Below the pieces are notes generated by a model that was given only the letters and a program-made list of their open reading frames with translations, searched no databases and was not told the DNA's origin. 64,000 bases of DNA from NCBI GenBank assembly GCA_963664405.1, contig OY761158.1, positions 4,064,001 to 4,128,000 on the forward strand, given 5' to 3'. The stretch is from Thermoanaerobaculia bacterium. GTDB lineage: Bacteria > Acidobacteriota > Thermoanaerobaculia > Multivoradales > Multivoraceae. A program made the translations under genes and the position numbers. This document shows positions 28,589 through 39,250 of the stretch, in pieces (position 1 is the first letter of the stretch; the number at the start of each line of letters is the position of its first letter).

Positions 28589-29542
28589 ATGAAAGTCATC
28601 GAGCGCTTGGCCGCAGCGAGCCGTCCACTGATCTCGTACGAGATCATTCCACCGGTGCGTGGCGGGACGCTGGGTAAGCTGCTGTCGCTGATCGAAGATC
28701 TGGTGAAGTACGAGCCGCCTTTCATCGATATCACGAGCCATGCTGCGGAGGTCAGCTACGACCAGTCGCAGGGCGCGATCCAGCGCCGGGTGAAGCGGAA
28801 GCGGCCGGGAACTCTCGGCGTCTGTGCCCTGATCCAGAACAAATATCACATCGATGCGGTCCCTCATATTCTGTGCAACGGTTTTACGCGCGAAGAGACG
28901 GAAGATGCGCTCATCGAGCTCAAGTACCTTGGCATAGAGAACGTCCTCGCGGTACGAGGCGACGATCACGGTTATCAGAAGCCGTTGCTGAACGGGCGGA
29001 CGGCCAACCGTTACGCGATCGACCTGGTTAACCAGATCGTCGATATGAACGCGGGACGCTATGTCGAGAGCAACCTCGTTGATGCCGAGCCCTCTGATTT
29101 CTGCGTTGGCATATCGGGGTATCCGGAGAAGCACTTCGAGTCGCCGAACCTCGAGAGTGACGTTGCTTGGACGAAGAAGAAGGTAGATGCCGGTGCTCAC
29201 TACATCGTCAGCCAGATGTTTTTCGAAAACCGTCACTTTTTCGAATATCTCGACGCATGTCGTGGCCTGGGGGTCGATGTGCCGATTATTCCCGGGCTCA
29301 AGATTGTGACCTCCCAGGCGCACGTCAGCTCGCTGCCCAAGACCTTTCATGTCGATCTTCCCCCTGCTCTCAGCGACGCGGTCAGCGCGGCAGAAGACAA
29401 CCGGGAGGTGCGTGAGATCGGAGTCGAGTGGGCCTTCCGGCAGGCGGAGGGTCTACTGAACCACGGCGTACCTTCGATCCACTTCTACATCCTTCAAAGC
29501 TCCGCGGCAATAAAACAGCTGATGGAGCGGTTGTCGATCTAG
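28589..29542 (+). CDS. metF: 5,10-methylenetetrahydrofolate reductase
   Basis: SYEIIPP, KRPGTLG, ENVLAVRGD, GYPEKH, KKKVDAGA..SQMFF; upstream of metH. Confidence 0.93.
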   Translation: MKVIERLAAASRPLISYEIIPPVRGGTLGKLLSLIEDLVKYEPPFIDITSHAAEVSYDQSQGAIQRRVKRKRPGTLGVCALIQNKYHIDAVPHILCNGFTREETEDALIELKYLGIENVLAVRGDDHGYQKPLLNGRTANRYAIDLVNQIVDMNAGRYVESNLVDAEPSDFCVGISGYPEKHFESPNLESDVAWTKKKVDAGAHYIVSQMFFENRHFFEYLDACRGLGVDVPIIPGLKIVTSQAHVSSLPKTFHVDLPPALSDAVSAAEDNREVREIGVEWAFRQAEGLLNHGVPSIHFYILQSSAAIKQLMERLSI

Positions 29543-29792
29543 CCTACGGGAATGATTGGTATCATTCCCTCCGGCTAGAGAACATGGCGCCGAGGACGGC
29601 GCATTTTCGGGAGTTCGGGAGAAGATTAGGGATCACGTCCTCCGGGTAGAGAACATCGCGCCCCTACGGGAATGATGTGTATCACTCGCTTTGGGTAGAG
29701 AACATGGCGCCGAGGACGGCACTTTCTTGGGAGTTCGGGAGAGATTAGAGATCACGTCCTCCGGGTAGAGAATGTGGCACCGAGGACGGCGT
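29543..29792. repeat. Two degenerate ~120-bp REP-like units
   Basis: CCTACGGGAATGAT.. at 29543 and 29663; GGCGCCGAGGACGGC-type palindrome three times; GGGAGTTCGGGAGA..GATCACGTCCTCCGGGTAGAGAA twice. Confidence 0.85.
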
Positions 29793-29877
29793 GTGAGAAT
29801 CCCTTAGTCACCCCTGCATCTGTCGCCTCACTTCCTCGACAACCTCGACCGGCGACGGCGAGGTAGGTAGAATAGCC

Positions 29878-32800
29878 TTGAAAGAGAGCTCCAAGTTCAG
29901 CTGCGAGATCACCAGCACCCCTCCTCACCCGGACACTGAAGAGCGTAGCGCCGCGCTGGAGTCGGCGTTCGACGAGCGCATTCTGGTGATGGACGGTGCC
30001 ACGGGTACCGCGCTCCAGGATGTCTCGCTCGGCGCCGAGGACTTTGGAGGAGCAGACCTGGAGGGCTGCAATGAGAATCTCAATGCGACTCGTCCAGACG
30101 TAGTTCTGGACGTCCATGCGCGCTATTTGAGCGCAGGCGCCGATATCGTCGAGACCAACACCTTCGGCGGCACGCCGCTCGTGCTCGATGAGTATGGGCT
30201 GGCCGACGATGCATTCGAGCTCAACCGCGTTGCATCACAGCTCGCTCGGCAGGCCTGTGTGGAGTGGGACGAGCCGGGTCGACTCCGCTTTGTGTGTGGC
30301 TCGATGGGGCCGACGACCAAGGCCATCTCGGTCACCGGAGGGGTGACCTTCGAAGAGCTTCGGGAGAACTACCGGGTTCAAGCTCTTGGGTTGATGGCCG
30401 GAGGCGCCGACTATCTCTTGCTCGAGACCTGTCAGGACACTCGCAATGTGAAGGCGGGTCTGCTCGCGATCGGCGATGCTTTCGGGGCCAGCGGGTGGAG
30501 ACTTCCGGTGGCGGTATCGGTGACGATCGAGACGATGGGCACGATGCTCGCGGGTCAGGACGCCGAGGCCCTCGCCGTTTCCCTGCTGCACGAGGATCTG
30601 CTCTATCTCGGGCTCAACTGTGCCACCGGACCCGAGCTCATGGGCGACCATCTCCGCACTTTCGCGAATCTTGCTCGAACGAGGGTCGGCTGCGTTCCGA
30701 ACGCGGGACTTCCCGACGAAGATGGCCTCTATCACGAAGGGCCAGCGGAGTTTCGTAAGGTATTCAGCCGCTTTCTCGAGGCGGGCTGGCTCAATCTGGT
30801 CGGCGGCTGCTGCGGCACGACCTCCGACCATGTGCAGATGCTAGTGGAGCTGGTGCAGGACTTTGCGCCGAGGCGTTTCGTGGAGCATCAGCGAGCCCTG
30901 ATCTCGGGTCTCGAAGCCGTCGAGCTCACCGAGGAGAACCGTCCGCTCCTGATTGGCGAGCGCACCAATGTTCTGGGTAGCCGCAAGTTTCGGGAGCTGA
31001 TTGCGGCGGGCGCCTTCGAATCTGCCGCAGAAGTCGGTCGCGCTCAGGTGCGGGGCGGAGCGCAGGTCATCGATGTCTGCCTTCAGGATCCTGATCGAGA
31101 CGAGATCGTCGACGTCGACGCTTTCTTCGAAAAGGTCACTCGACTCGTCCGAGTGCCGCTGATGATCGATTCGACGGATGACGCGGTGATGGAGCGAGCG
31201 CTGGAGTGGTGCCAGGGCAAGGCAGTCCTCAATTCGATAAACCTCGAGGATGGGCTCGAGCGCTTCGAGAAGGTCGTGCCGCTGGCACGTCGTTACGGCG
31301 CTGCGATGGTGGTCGGTCTCATCGATGAAGAAGGAATGGCCGTCACCACCGAGAGGAAGCTCGAGGTGGCTCGGCGGAGCCTGCAGATTCTGAGCGGCGA
31401 CATGGGTGTTCCACCGGAGGACATCTGGTGGGATGCGCTTGTTTTCCCCTGCGGCACCGGAGATAAGACCTACATCGGCTCGGCGGCCCGCACTATCGAG
31501 GCGGTGCGCCAGATCCGTAGCGAGATGCCGGAGACTCGGAGCATTCTGGGGGTCAGTAACGTCAGCTTCGGCCTGCCTACCGCAGGTCGTGAGGTACTGA
31601 ACTCGGTCTTTCTCTATCATTGCACCCAGGCGGGACTCGATGCTGCGATCGTCAACACGCAGAAGTTGGCGCGCTATGCCGAGATTCCCGCCGAAGAGCG
31701 TGCCTTGTCCGAGCGGCTCCTCTATCTCGAGCATGGCGACGTGGCAGGGAGCACCGAGGCGGTGGACGCGTTCGCCGCTCACTTTCGCGGACGCAAGAGC
31801 ACGGCCGTCGGCAAGCCGAGGGCGGAGCTGCCACTCGAAGAGCGACTGTCGCGCGCCATCGTCGAAGGCTCGAAGGAGGGTTTGCAAGAAGATCTGGATG
31901 GTGCTCTTGCCGACTCACGCTGGCCCGAGCCGCTTGACATCATCAACGGACCGCTGATGGTGGGGATGGCGGAGGTTGGGCGCCTTTTCAACGACAACGA
32001 GCTCATCGTCGCGGAAGTGCTGCAGAGCGCCGAGGTGATGAAGGCCGCGGTCTCGCACCTCGAGCCCCATATGGAATCGGCGGAGAGCGCCGTCCGCGGC
32101 AAAGTCCTGCTTGCCACCGTGAAGGGGGATGTGCACGACATCGGCAAGAACCTGGTTGACATCATCCTCTCGAACAACGGCTTCAAAGTGATCAACCTCG
32201 GCATCAGAGTGCCGAGCGAGCAGCTCATTCAAGCTATCCGCGAGCATCAGCCCGACGTGGTCGGCCTATCCGGGCTGTTGGTCAAGAGCGCCCAGCAGAT
32301 GGTCTCGACGGCGGCTGACCTCAAAGCGGTGGGTATCGAGACGGATCTGTTGGTCGGGGGCGCAGCGCTCACACGGCGCTTCACTCACAAGAAGATCGCT
32401 GCGAGCTACGGAGGACTCTGCACCTACGCCAAGGACGCGATGACCGGTCTGAGTTTCGTCGAGTCGCTCACCGACGGCAACCGTCGTGGAAAGCTCGAGG
32501 CGGAAGTCGCCGAGCTGGTGGCTCGCGATCGGGAAGTGCAGGATGTGGGAAGTGCTCGGGCGGCGACGACTTCGACAGCTCCTTCTGAGGTTCGGCGTGA
32601 CCTCGAGTCTCCGCCTCCCCCCGACCTCGATCGGCACACACTCGAGCTCGATCTCGACGAGGTTTGGGCACTTCTTAACCCCCAGATGCTTTACGGGAAG
32701 CACCTCGGTCTCAAAGGCTCGGTGCGGAAACTGGCGGAGGCAGGCGATGCGAAATACCTCAAGCTGGAGAGGGTGGTTCGAGAAGTAGAGGAGGAGGCGC

Positions 32801-33375
32801 GGCCGCTGCTCAGCGCGCGTGCGTTGTGGCGCTTCTATTCCGCACGTTCGGAGCAGAACCGGGTGTCATTGCTCGAGCCGGGTAGCGACAAGGTCGTTGC
32901 CAGCTGGGACTTCCCTCGCCAGGCCGGGGGGCAGCGGCTCTGCCTGGCGGACTTCGTGCTTCCCGAGGATCATGTAGCCCTCTTCGTTACCAGCGTCGGG
33001 TCCGAAGTGCGTCGGCTCTCGCTGGAGTGGAAAGAGCAGGGTCAATACCTGAAGAGCCATGTTTTGGCTGTGCTCTCTCTAGAGACCGCGGAGGCAGCCG
33101 CCGAGTGGCTACACCGCAATTTGAGAGCGTCGTGGGGCTTCGCCGATGCTCCAGATCTCGAGCAACAGGACGTCTTCGCGGGCCGCTACCATGGCAAGCG
33201 TTACAGCTTCGGCTATCCCGCTTGCCCGGATCTCGAGGGGCAGCGCCAGCTCTTCGCTCTGCTGGGTCCGGAAAAGATTGGGGTGATTCTCACCGAGGGC
33301 GACATGATGGATCCTGAGGCCTCAGTGTCGGCCATCGTCCTCCACCATCCCGAAGCCCGTTACTTCGGCGTGTAG
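29878..33375 (+). CDS. metH: Cobalamin-dependent methionine synthase
   Basis: DGATGT, GLNCATGP, GGCCGTT, GERTNVLGS pterin domain, KGDVHDIGKN B12 motif, RYSFGYPACPDL. Start uncertain. Confidence 0.97.
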   Translation: MKESSKFSCEITSTPPHPDTEERSAALESAFDERILVMDGATGTALQDVSLGAEDFGGADLEGCNENLNATRPDVVLDVHARYLSAGADIVETNTFGGTPLVLDEYGLADDAFELNRVASQLARQACVEWDEPGRLRFVCGSMGPTTKAISVTGGVTFEELRENYRVQALGLMAGGADYLLLETCQDTRNVKAGLLAIGDAFGASGWRLPVAVSVTIETMGTMLAGQDAEALAVSLLHEDLLYLGLNCATGPELMGDHLRTFANLARTRVGCVPNAGLPDEDGLYHEGPAEFRKVFSRFLEAGWLNLVGGCCGTTSDHVQMLVELVQDFAPRRFVEHQRALISGLEAVELTEENRPLLIGERTNVLGSRKFRELIAAGAFESAAEVGRAQVRGGAQVIDVCLQDPDRDEIVDVDAFFEKVTRLVRVPLMIDSTDDAVMERALEWCQGKAVLNSINLEDGLERFEKVVPLARRYGAAMVVGLIDEEGMAVTTERKLEVARRSLQILSGDMGVPPEDIWWDALVFPCGTGDKTYIGSAARTIEAVRQIRSEMPETRSILGVSNVSFGLPTAGREVLNSVFLYHCTQAGLDAAIVNTQKLARYAEIPAEERALSERLLYLEHGDVAGSTEAVDAFAAHFRGRKSTAVGKPRAELPLEERLSRAIVEGSKEGLQEDLDGALADSRWPEPLDIINGPLMVGMAEVGRLFNDNELIVAEVLQSAEVMKAAVSHLEPHMESAESAVRGKVLLATVKGDVHDIGKNLVDIILSNNGFKVINLGIRVPSEQLIQAIREHQPDVVGLSGLLVKSAQQMVSTAADLKAVGIETDLLVGGAALTRRFTHKKIAASYGGLCTYAKDAMTGLSFVESLTDGNRRGKLEAEVAELVARDREVQDVGSARAATTSTAPSEVRRDLESPPPPDLDRHTLELDLDEVWALLNPQMLYGKHLGLKGSVRKLAEAGDAKYLKLERVVREVEEEARPLLSARALWRFYSARSEQNRVSLLEPGSDKVVASWDFPRQAGGQRLCLADFVLPEDHVALFVTSVGSEVRRLSLEWKEQGQYLKSHVLAVLSLETAEAAAEWLHRNLRASWGFADAPDLEQQDVFAGRYHGKRYSFGYPACPDLEGQRQLFALLGPEKIGVILTEGDMMDPEASVSAIVLHHPEARYFGV

Positions 33376-33432
33376 TCTGGTGGTTCGCCGAGATCCGTGA
33401 GCTGGGGAGCGGATCGGACGCGAGAGCTTCAA

Positions 33433-33600
33433 CTAGTGGACCGTAACACCCAAACGATTAGCGCCTGAGCGGCCCTCGCGGCCGATCTCCGCGTTACGCT
33501 TCCTCGACATAGTCCCCGCTATGCCTGCGTCAGCGCGCCTTGATCTCGACCACGAATGACTCACTCAGCCACTAAACGTTCGAGTGTTACGGTCCACTAG
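33433..33600. mobile_element. 168-bp MITE/ERIC-like fold-back element (arm type A, copy 1)
   Basis: Perfect 17-bp inverted repeat CTAGTGGACCGTAACAC / GTGTTACGGTCCACTAG, extending imperfectly to about 29 bp; near-identical copy at 50248-50415. Confidence 0.92.
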
Positions 33601-35525
33601 CTGTCGACTTCGACTGCTGGCTCATGCCTGGCGAGCTCGTCTTCGAGACTCGCCCACTCCGAGAAAAGCCGATCTAGCTTCTCGGTCGACTGCTTCTGCT
33701 CGGTTTCGAGTCGGTGGACCTCGGTGCGCGGAGTGGACTCGAAGTAGCTGGGATCGCAGAAAGTCTCGTTGATCTCGTGGATGCGCTCTTCAGTCTCCTC
33801 GATCGCCGCGGTCAGCTCCTCTTGGCGACGCCCCAGGTCCTTAGCCGAGCTTGCCCGCGGCGTATTGCCTTTGCGCGCGAGTCGCTCGGCGCGCTTCTCA
33901 CGACGGCGCTGGGCCAGAGCTGTCTCGGCATCCAGATGATCGTCGCCGCAGCGCTCCAGGTACTCGTCGTAGCCTCCCTGGAAATCGTTCAGTCCCTCGG
34001 GTGTGATCTCGACGATTCGAGTCGCCAGCCGAGAGACGAACCATCGGTCATGAGAGACGAAGATGAGGGTGCCTGGGTAGGCTTCGAGACCCTTGGCTAG
34101 AGCGTCGATAGCTTCGAGGTCGAGGTGGTTCGTGGGCTCGTCGAGGAGCATCAGATTCGGCTTCGCGACGATCATTCCGCAGAAAATCAGCCGGGCTGCC
34201 TCTCCGCCGGAGAGGCTACCGATCCTTTTCTCGGCTTCGTCGCCGGAGAAGAGGACGGCTCCGAGGTGGCCGCGGACGAAGCCGATGGGCTCGCCCGGGC
34301 AGACATCCCACAACCATGCTTCGACCGTCTGACGCGGCGTCTCGAGCTGCTCTCGATGATCCTGGGCGAAGTATCCGGGGTGGGTCTCGTAGCCCCACTC
34401 GACACTACCTGAATCCGCCTCGACGTTGGCGGTCACAACCTTGAGCAGGGTCGATTTGCCGATCCCGTTGGGACCAATGATCGCGACGCGGTCGCCGCGT
34501 CTCACTTCGAGGTTGACGTCACTGAGGACCGGACGACCGTCATAGGCCTTGCCGAGGCCGCGGACGCGTAAGACCTCTTTGCCGCTCGGTCGCACCTGGT
34601 CGAAGCGAAAGGCTGGATAACGCCGCGAGCTCTTTGGCAGCTTCTTGATGTCGATCCGGTCGATGAGCTTGAGCTTGCTCTGAGCCTGGCGCGCCTTGGT
34701 CGCTTTTGCGCGAAATCGGTCGACGAAGGCCCTGTGGTCCGCGATCTGCTTCTCTTGTTTGGCGATCTCGGCTTCGCGGCGCTCCTGGTTCTCGACCTTC
34801 TGGCGCACGAAGGCGCTGTAGTTCCCGCGGTAGAGAAGAATGGTCTCGTAGTCGACATCAGCGATCGACGTGCAGACGTTGTCGAGAAAGCGGTGATCAT
34901 GGGAAACCACGACGGCGCAGCCGGAAAAGGAGCTCAAGAACTTCTCGAGCCATCGGATGGAAAGGATGTCGAGGTGATTCGTGGGCTCATCGAGGAGGAG
35001 AACGTCGGGCTCTGATGCCAGCACCTGCGCGAGGAGAACGCGCAGCTTGAAGCCTCCCGAGAGGGTGGAGAGAGGTTCGTGGTGGCGCTCGCTCTCGATC
35101 CCCAGACCTTCGAGAATCTCTCCCGATCGCGCTTCGAGTGCGTAGCCGTCGTGGTTGAGGATGATTTCCTCGAGCTCGGAATAGCGCTCGGCGTCGAAGC
35201 TGGTGTCTGCTCGCTCGAGGATCTTCTCCTTCTCGTCCATCGCCCGCCAGAGGGTCTGGTTGCCCATCATCACGACATGAATGATGGAGACTTCCTCGTA
35301 CTGAAAGTGATCTTGATTGAGCACTCCAAGGCGCGCTTTCTTCGGAATCGAAAGGGTCCCGTCGCTGGCACTCTCTTCGCCCGAGAGGATCTTCAGAAAG
35401 GTCGACTTGCCCGATCCGTTCGCCCCCACCAATCCGAAGCGTTCTCCTGGATTGAGTTGGAGAGAGACTCCTGAGAAGAGAGTCTGATGGCCGTATGACT
35501 TGCCCAGGCCGGACGTAGCGATCAT
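33597..35525 (-). CDS. ABC-F family ATP-binding protein
   Basis: Two ABC cassettes (GANGSGKST, LSGG, LDEPTNHLD; GPNGIGKST, LSGGE), no transmembrane segments, C-terminal coiled coil. ATG 35525 preferred. Confidence 0.95.
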   Translation of the reverse strand: MIATSGLGKSYGHQTLFSGVSLQLNPGERFGLVGANGSGKSTFLKILSGEESASDGTLSIPKKARLGVLNQDHFQYEEVSIIHVVMMGNQTLWRAMDEKEKILERADTSFDAERYSELEEIILNHDGYALEARSGEILEGLGIESERHHEPLSTLSGGFKLRVLLAQVLASEPDVLLLDEPTNHLDILSIRWLEKFLSSFSGCAVVVSHDHRFLDNVCTSIADVDYETILLYRGNYSAFVRQKVENQERREAEIAKQEKQIADHRAFVDRFRAKATKARQAQSKLKLIDRIDIKKLPKSSRRYPAFRFDQVRPSGKEVLRVRGLGKAYDGRPVLSDVNLEVRRGDRVAIIGPNGIGKSTLLKVVTANVEADSGSVEWGYETHPGYFAQDHREQLETPRQTVEAWLWDVCPGEPIGFVRGHLGAVLFSGDEAEKRIGSLSGGEAARLIFCGMIVAKPNLMLLDEPTNHLDLEAIDALAKGLEAYPGTLIFVSHDRWFVSRLATRIVEITPEGLNDFQGGYDEYLERCGDDHLDAETALAQRRREKRAERLARKGNTPRASSAKDLGRRQEELTAAIEETEERIHEINETFCDPSYFESTPRTEVHRLETEQKQSTEKLDRLFSEWASLEDELARHEPAVEVDS

Positions 35526-35576
35526 GGGCCCGAGGATATCAGCGAAGGCTGGTTGCGGCCGGCACAGCTTAGAATC

Positions 35577-37976
35577 ATGAGCATGGGCAAATCCGCGCCT
35601 AAGACCAAGCGGCGCCGCCGACCAGGACGGCGCAAAAAGCGAGGAAGATCTCGTTCCAGGTTTTCCGGGCGCAGGCTCGCCCTGGTCTGCTCGTCTCTCT
35701 TCGTTGTCGCCGGATTGATCTGGATTCTCTGGCCCTATTATCGTCTGGCAGGCCACTTCGAATCCGGCTCTGGCGCTGAGGTGTCGAGGGTCTACGGTCG
35801 CGCCCCGGTTCTGGCGCGCGACGCGCTGGCCCCAGGCGGAGATCTCTCTGCGCTGCTGCTGCGGCTCGGTTACAGGCCTGGCGCAGATTCTCGGCCGCTG
35901 CCTGGAGCCTTCCGCACCTTGAAGGATGGCGTGGAGGTTCATCTACGCTCCATCCCCTCCGCTGGCGGTTGGATCAGACCGCGCCTTGTCGAGGTGACGC
36001 TGTCGGGCCAACGAGTGCGGCGGCTCGTCGTTGATGGGGAGGAGAGCGCCAGCGTCTTCCTGGATCCACCGTTGCTCGCGGGGTTCTATGACGACGCCTT
36101 CGAAGACCGAAGTGCAGTGGCCCTCTCGGCTATGCCCCAGCAGCTTCTCCGTGCTGTGTTGGCGGCTGAGGATTCGACTTTCTTCGACCACCCCGGAATC
36201 TCTCTTGTCGGCGTCGTGCGTGCAGCTGTGACCAATCTACGACGCGGCGGAGTCAGTCAAGGCGGCAGCACGATTACTCAGCAGCTGGTGAAGAATCTTT
36301 ATCTGTCGTCTGAACGAACCTGGACGCGCAAGCTTCGCGAAGGCTTTCTCGCACTGCTGGTAGAGATGCGTCATCAGAAGCCGGCAATTCTCGAGGCCTA
36401 TCTGAACGGTATCTACTGGGGTCGCAGCGGCCGCGTCAACCTGATCGGAGTGGGCTCCGCCGCACAGGCCTACTTCGGGCGCGCCGCCGTCGAGCTCGAT
36501 CTGGCCGAGGCTGCGCTCCTGGCCGGAATGATCCGCTCGCCAGGCAGCCTGGACCCTCGGAGGAACCCGGAGGCGGCGCGCTCTCGTCGTGACGAGGTTC
36601 TGCGGAATATGAGGGATCTCGACTGGGTGAGTGACCAAGATCTCGCCGATGCACTTGCCGCTCCGCTTGTCGTTCGACCGGTAGATCCAGGACTTCGTTA
36701 TCGGGGATACTTCGTGGACGCGGTGGCCCATGAGGCCAAGGATAGCTTCGGTGTCGATGTCAGGTCCGGGGGGCACGTGCTGGTGACCACGCTGGCGCCG
36801 GGCGCGCAGGTTGCTGCCGAAGAAGCCGTAGCCGACGGCCTTGCCCGGCTCGAGGAGGGTGGTGCCGATGGAGGACTGCAGGGGATCCTGCTCTCGGTGG
36901 AGCCTGAGACGGGGGCCGTTCTCGCCTATGTCGGCGGTCGGGACTACTCTGTGTCCCAATTTGATCGCATCCGTCAAGGTCGGCGCCAGCCCGGGAGTGC
37001 CTTCAAGCCCGTCATCTTTGCCGCAGCCTTCTTGAGCGGTATCGCAACCCCCGCGACCCTGATCGAGGACGCTCCGATATCCCTCTCCTCCGGTGGCGAG
37101 AATTGGCGTCCGCAGAACTCGGATCGGAGATTTCGTGGTTGGGTCACGGCTCGCCAGGTTCTCGAGCAGAGCATCAACGTCCCCACGGTTCGACTCGGGG
37201 AGGATCTGGGCTGGGATCAGGTAGTAGCTATGGCTCGGGCTCTGGGCATTGCCAGCAGGCTCGAGCCACTGCCCTCACTCGCTCTTGGAGCGTTCGAGGT
37301 GACGCCGGCGGAGCTCGCGACCGTCTTTGCCACCTTCGCTCAGGGTGGCCAGAGACCCCAGGTCCACCTGGTTGAAGGCGTTCTCGGCCAGGATGGCGTT
37401 GCAATAGACAGACGTCGCCCGCTGACCACTTCGAGGATCCTTCCGCCGGAGATCGCCTACCTCGTCAACTACCAGCTGCAGGGCGTTCTGGAGCGGGGTA
37501 CCGGCCGATCTGCCCGATCACTCGCGATCTCCGAGCCGTTGGCCGGCAAGACCGGCACTACAAATGGGGGCCGAGACAACTGGTTTTCAGGTTACTCCCC
37601 CGACCGCGCTACCCTGGTTTGGGTCGGCTACGACGACAACAGCCCGAGCTCTCTATCCGGTGCCCGTGCGGCGCTCCCTATCTGGGCTCGTTTCACCGAC
37701 GAGACGCGCCCGCCGGGCGGGTATAGCGAGTTCCGCGCACCCCCCGGAATCCGCTTCGTCAGCGTCGACCCGCAAAGCGGCGGCCGGATCACAGATCTGT
37801 GCACCGAGGGCCTGTCAGAGGCTTTCCCGGCCGACGCTGTGCCCACTGAGAGCTGCTATCTCCACGGCGGTTCAAGCAAGCAAGCGAGCCCTCACACGGC
37901 GGAGGAGCCAGAGCCTCGGCGTCAACGCAGGTCTTGGTGGAAGAGGATCTTCTCGCCCAGGAGACGATCCGAGTAG
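35577..37976 (+). CDS. mrcB: Class A penicillin-binding protein (PBP1B-like)
   Basis: Basic tail + transmembrane helix + UB2H-like region, transglycosylase (AAED..FF.HPG, GGSTITQQLVKN), transpeptidase (GSAFKP, SIN, GKTGT). Confidence 0.9.
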   Translation: MSMGKSAPKTKRRRRPGRRKKRGRSRSRFSGRRLALVCSSLFVVAGLIWILWPYYRLAGHFESGSGAEVSRVYGRAPVLARDALAPGGDLSALLLRLGYRPGADSRPLPGAFRTLKDGVEVHLRSIPSAGGWIRPRLVEVTLSGQRVRRLVVDGEESASVFLDPPLLAGFYDDAFEDRSAVALSAMPQQLLRAVLAAEDSTFFDHPGISLVGVVRAAVTNLRRGGVSQGGSTITQQLVKNLYLSSERTWTRKLREGFLALLVEMRHQKPAILEAYLNGIYWGRSGRVNLIGVGSAAQAYFGRAAVELDLAEAALLAGMIRSPGSLDPRRNPEAARSRRDEVLRNMRDLDWVSDQDLADALAAPLVVRPVDPGLRYRGYFVDAVAHEAKDSFGVDVRSGGHVLVTTLAPGAQVAAEEAVADGLARLEEGGADGGLQGILLSVEPETGAVLAYVGGRDYSVSQFDRIRQGRRQPGSAFKPVIFAAAFLSGIATPATLIEDAPISLSSGGENWRPQNSDRRFRGWVTARQVLEQSINVPTVRLGEDLGWDQVVAMARALGIASRLEPLPSLALGAFEVTPAELATVFATFAQGGQRPQVHLVEGVLGQDGVAIDRRRPLTTSRILPPEIAYLVNYQLQGVLERGTGRSARSLAISEPLAGKTGTTNGGRDNWFSGYSPDRATLVWVGYDDNSPSSLSGARAALPIWARFTDETRPPGGYSEFRAPPGIRFVSVDPQSGGRITDLCTEGLSEAFPADAVPTESCYLHGGSSKQASPHTAEEPEPRRQRRSWWKRIFSPRRRSE

Positions 37977-38044
37977 CTGGTGCGAGCGCTGCGGGTGGGG
38001 CGCCTTGCCAGTGCTCCTTTGGCCCCGGTAGGATGCTCTGGTCG

Positions 38045-39235
38045 ATGTTCGATTCTTCGAGTTTCAGAGTCCGTTACAAGGCGCCGGTCGAGGAGCGGTG
38101 GCTGATTGCGCTTGGACCTGCGCTTATAGCACTCCTACTCGCGGTCACCGCTTGGAGTCGCTTCGTGGCTCCGCTACCGATGTCGGGTTACCTCAGCCCG
38201 GCGTTTTTGAATCTGCTCTTTCCAATCTCGTTGCTAGCGCTACTTGCGGTGCTCGTCGAGCTAGGTTTCGGGGCAGATGAAGGCTACCCTTGGCGCAGAA
38301 GTCTGGCGGCTAGTGGTGCAGGTGTGTTGGGAGGGACACTGCTCGTCGGCGCTTGGGGCAAGATGCTGGATCCCCTCGCTTTTCAGGGGACGATCGAGAG
38401 TGAGGGCCTGGCTACCTTTCTACCTGCCTCTGTCGTCGCTCTCACCGCACTGGGTCTGGAGCTGGGTCTGGGCAGCGCACTCCTGCTCGGTGTACGGAGA
38501 ATCTGGTGTCTGATCTTGACCGGAGCTCTCGTTGTCTTCTTTCTCTTCCTGACCGGACGAGCCTACTGGAGCTACCTGTCCGGAGTAGAAGACGTGGACG
38601 CATCATGCGGCTGCTTTGGAAATCTGCTGGATCGGACTCCCGATCAGGCATTTTGGCAAGATTTCATGTTGCTCGTGCCCGGGTTGTTGTTGGCGATGTT
38701 GGCGGTCGTTGTTCGGCAGTCTATGGTGCTGCGGCTGGTCTTTGTCGCCGTCCTCACTACCGCGGGCGTTACGCTGGCCTTCTTTGCGCCGGATCTTCCG
38801 CTGGATGGGCTGGCGACTCGACTGCGCCCCGGTGTCGAGATCGAAACTTTGTGCTCGGGAAGCGGCGCCGAGAGGCTGTGCCTACCGACTCTGATCCCGG
38901 AGCTTGCCGAAGGCCGCCATTTAGTGGTGATTGCGGATCTCGACGACGCCGCCTTCGGTGCCGAGGTGGAAAATCTGAACGACTATCATCTCGAGGGTGC
39001 CGGTCCCCGACTCTGGGTCCTGTCGGCTGCCACACCCGAGCAAAGCCAGTCTTTCTTTTGGCGGCACGGACCTTCTTTCGAGATCAGAGAGGCCCCTCCG
39101 GGCCTACTTCGTCCGCTCTACCGTAGTCTTCCAAGGTCGTTCATAGTGGCCATGGGCAAAGTCGAGCAGACCTTCAACGGAGTCCCGCCAGGGATCTTAT
39201 CCGGCGCCGCAGACGCGGAACCGTCTGCCCCCTGA
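38045..39235 (+). CDS. MauE/DoxX-family redox-associated membrane protein
   Basis: AWGK..DP..F, SCGCFG signature, multiple transmembrane helices, soluble C-terminal domain. Start uncertain. Confidence 0.75.
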   Translation: MFDSSSFRVRYKAPVEERWLIALGPALIALLLAVTAWSRFVAPLPMSGYLSPAFLNLLFPISLLALLAVLVELGFGADEGYPWRRSLAASGAGVLGGTLLVGAWGKMLDPLAFQGTIESEGLATFLPASVVALTALGLELGLGSALLLGVRRIWCLILTGALVVFFLFLTGRAYWSYLSGVEDVDASCGCFGNLLDRTPDQAFWQDFMLLVPGLLLAMLAVVVRQSMVLRLVFVAVLTTAGVTLAFFAPDLPLDGLATRLRPGVEIETLCSGSGAERLCLPTLIPELAEGRHLVVIADLDDAAFGAEVENLNDYHLEGAGPRLWVLSAATPEQSQSFFWRHGPSFEIREAPPGLLRPLYRSLPRSFIVAMGKVEQTFNGVPPGILSGAADAEPSAP

Positions 39236-39250
39236 AGACAGGAGTTTTCG

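Noticed and set aside
29543-29877. SAM or cobalamin riboswitch upstream of metH
   Set aside because: The structure is explained by REP-like repeat modules; no riboswitch consensus recognised.
35526-35942. N-terminal extension of ABC-F (likewise glpX 53355-53702 and helicase 45678-45818)
   Set aside because: The ORF-track extensions overlap neighbouring genes; family homology begins at the downstream starts.
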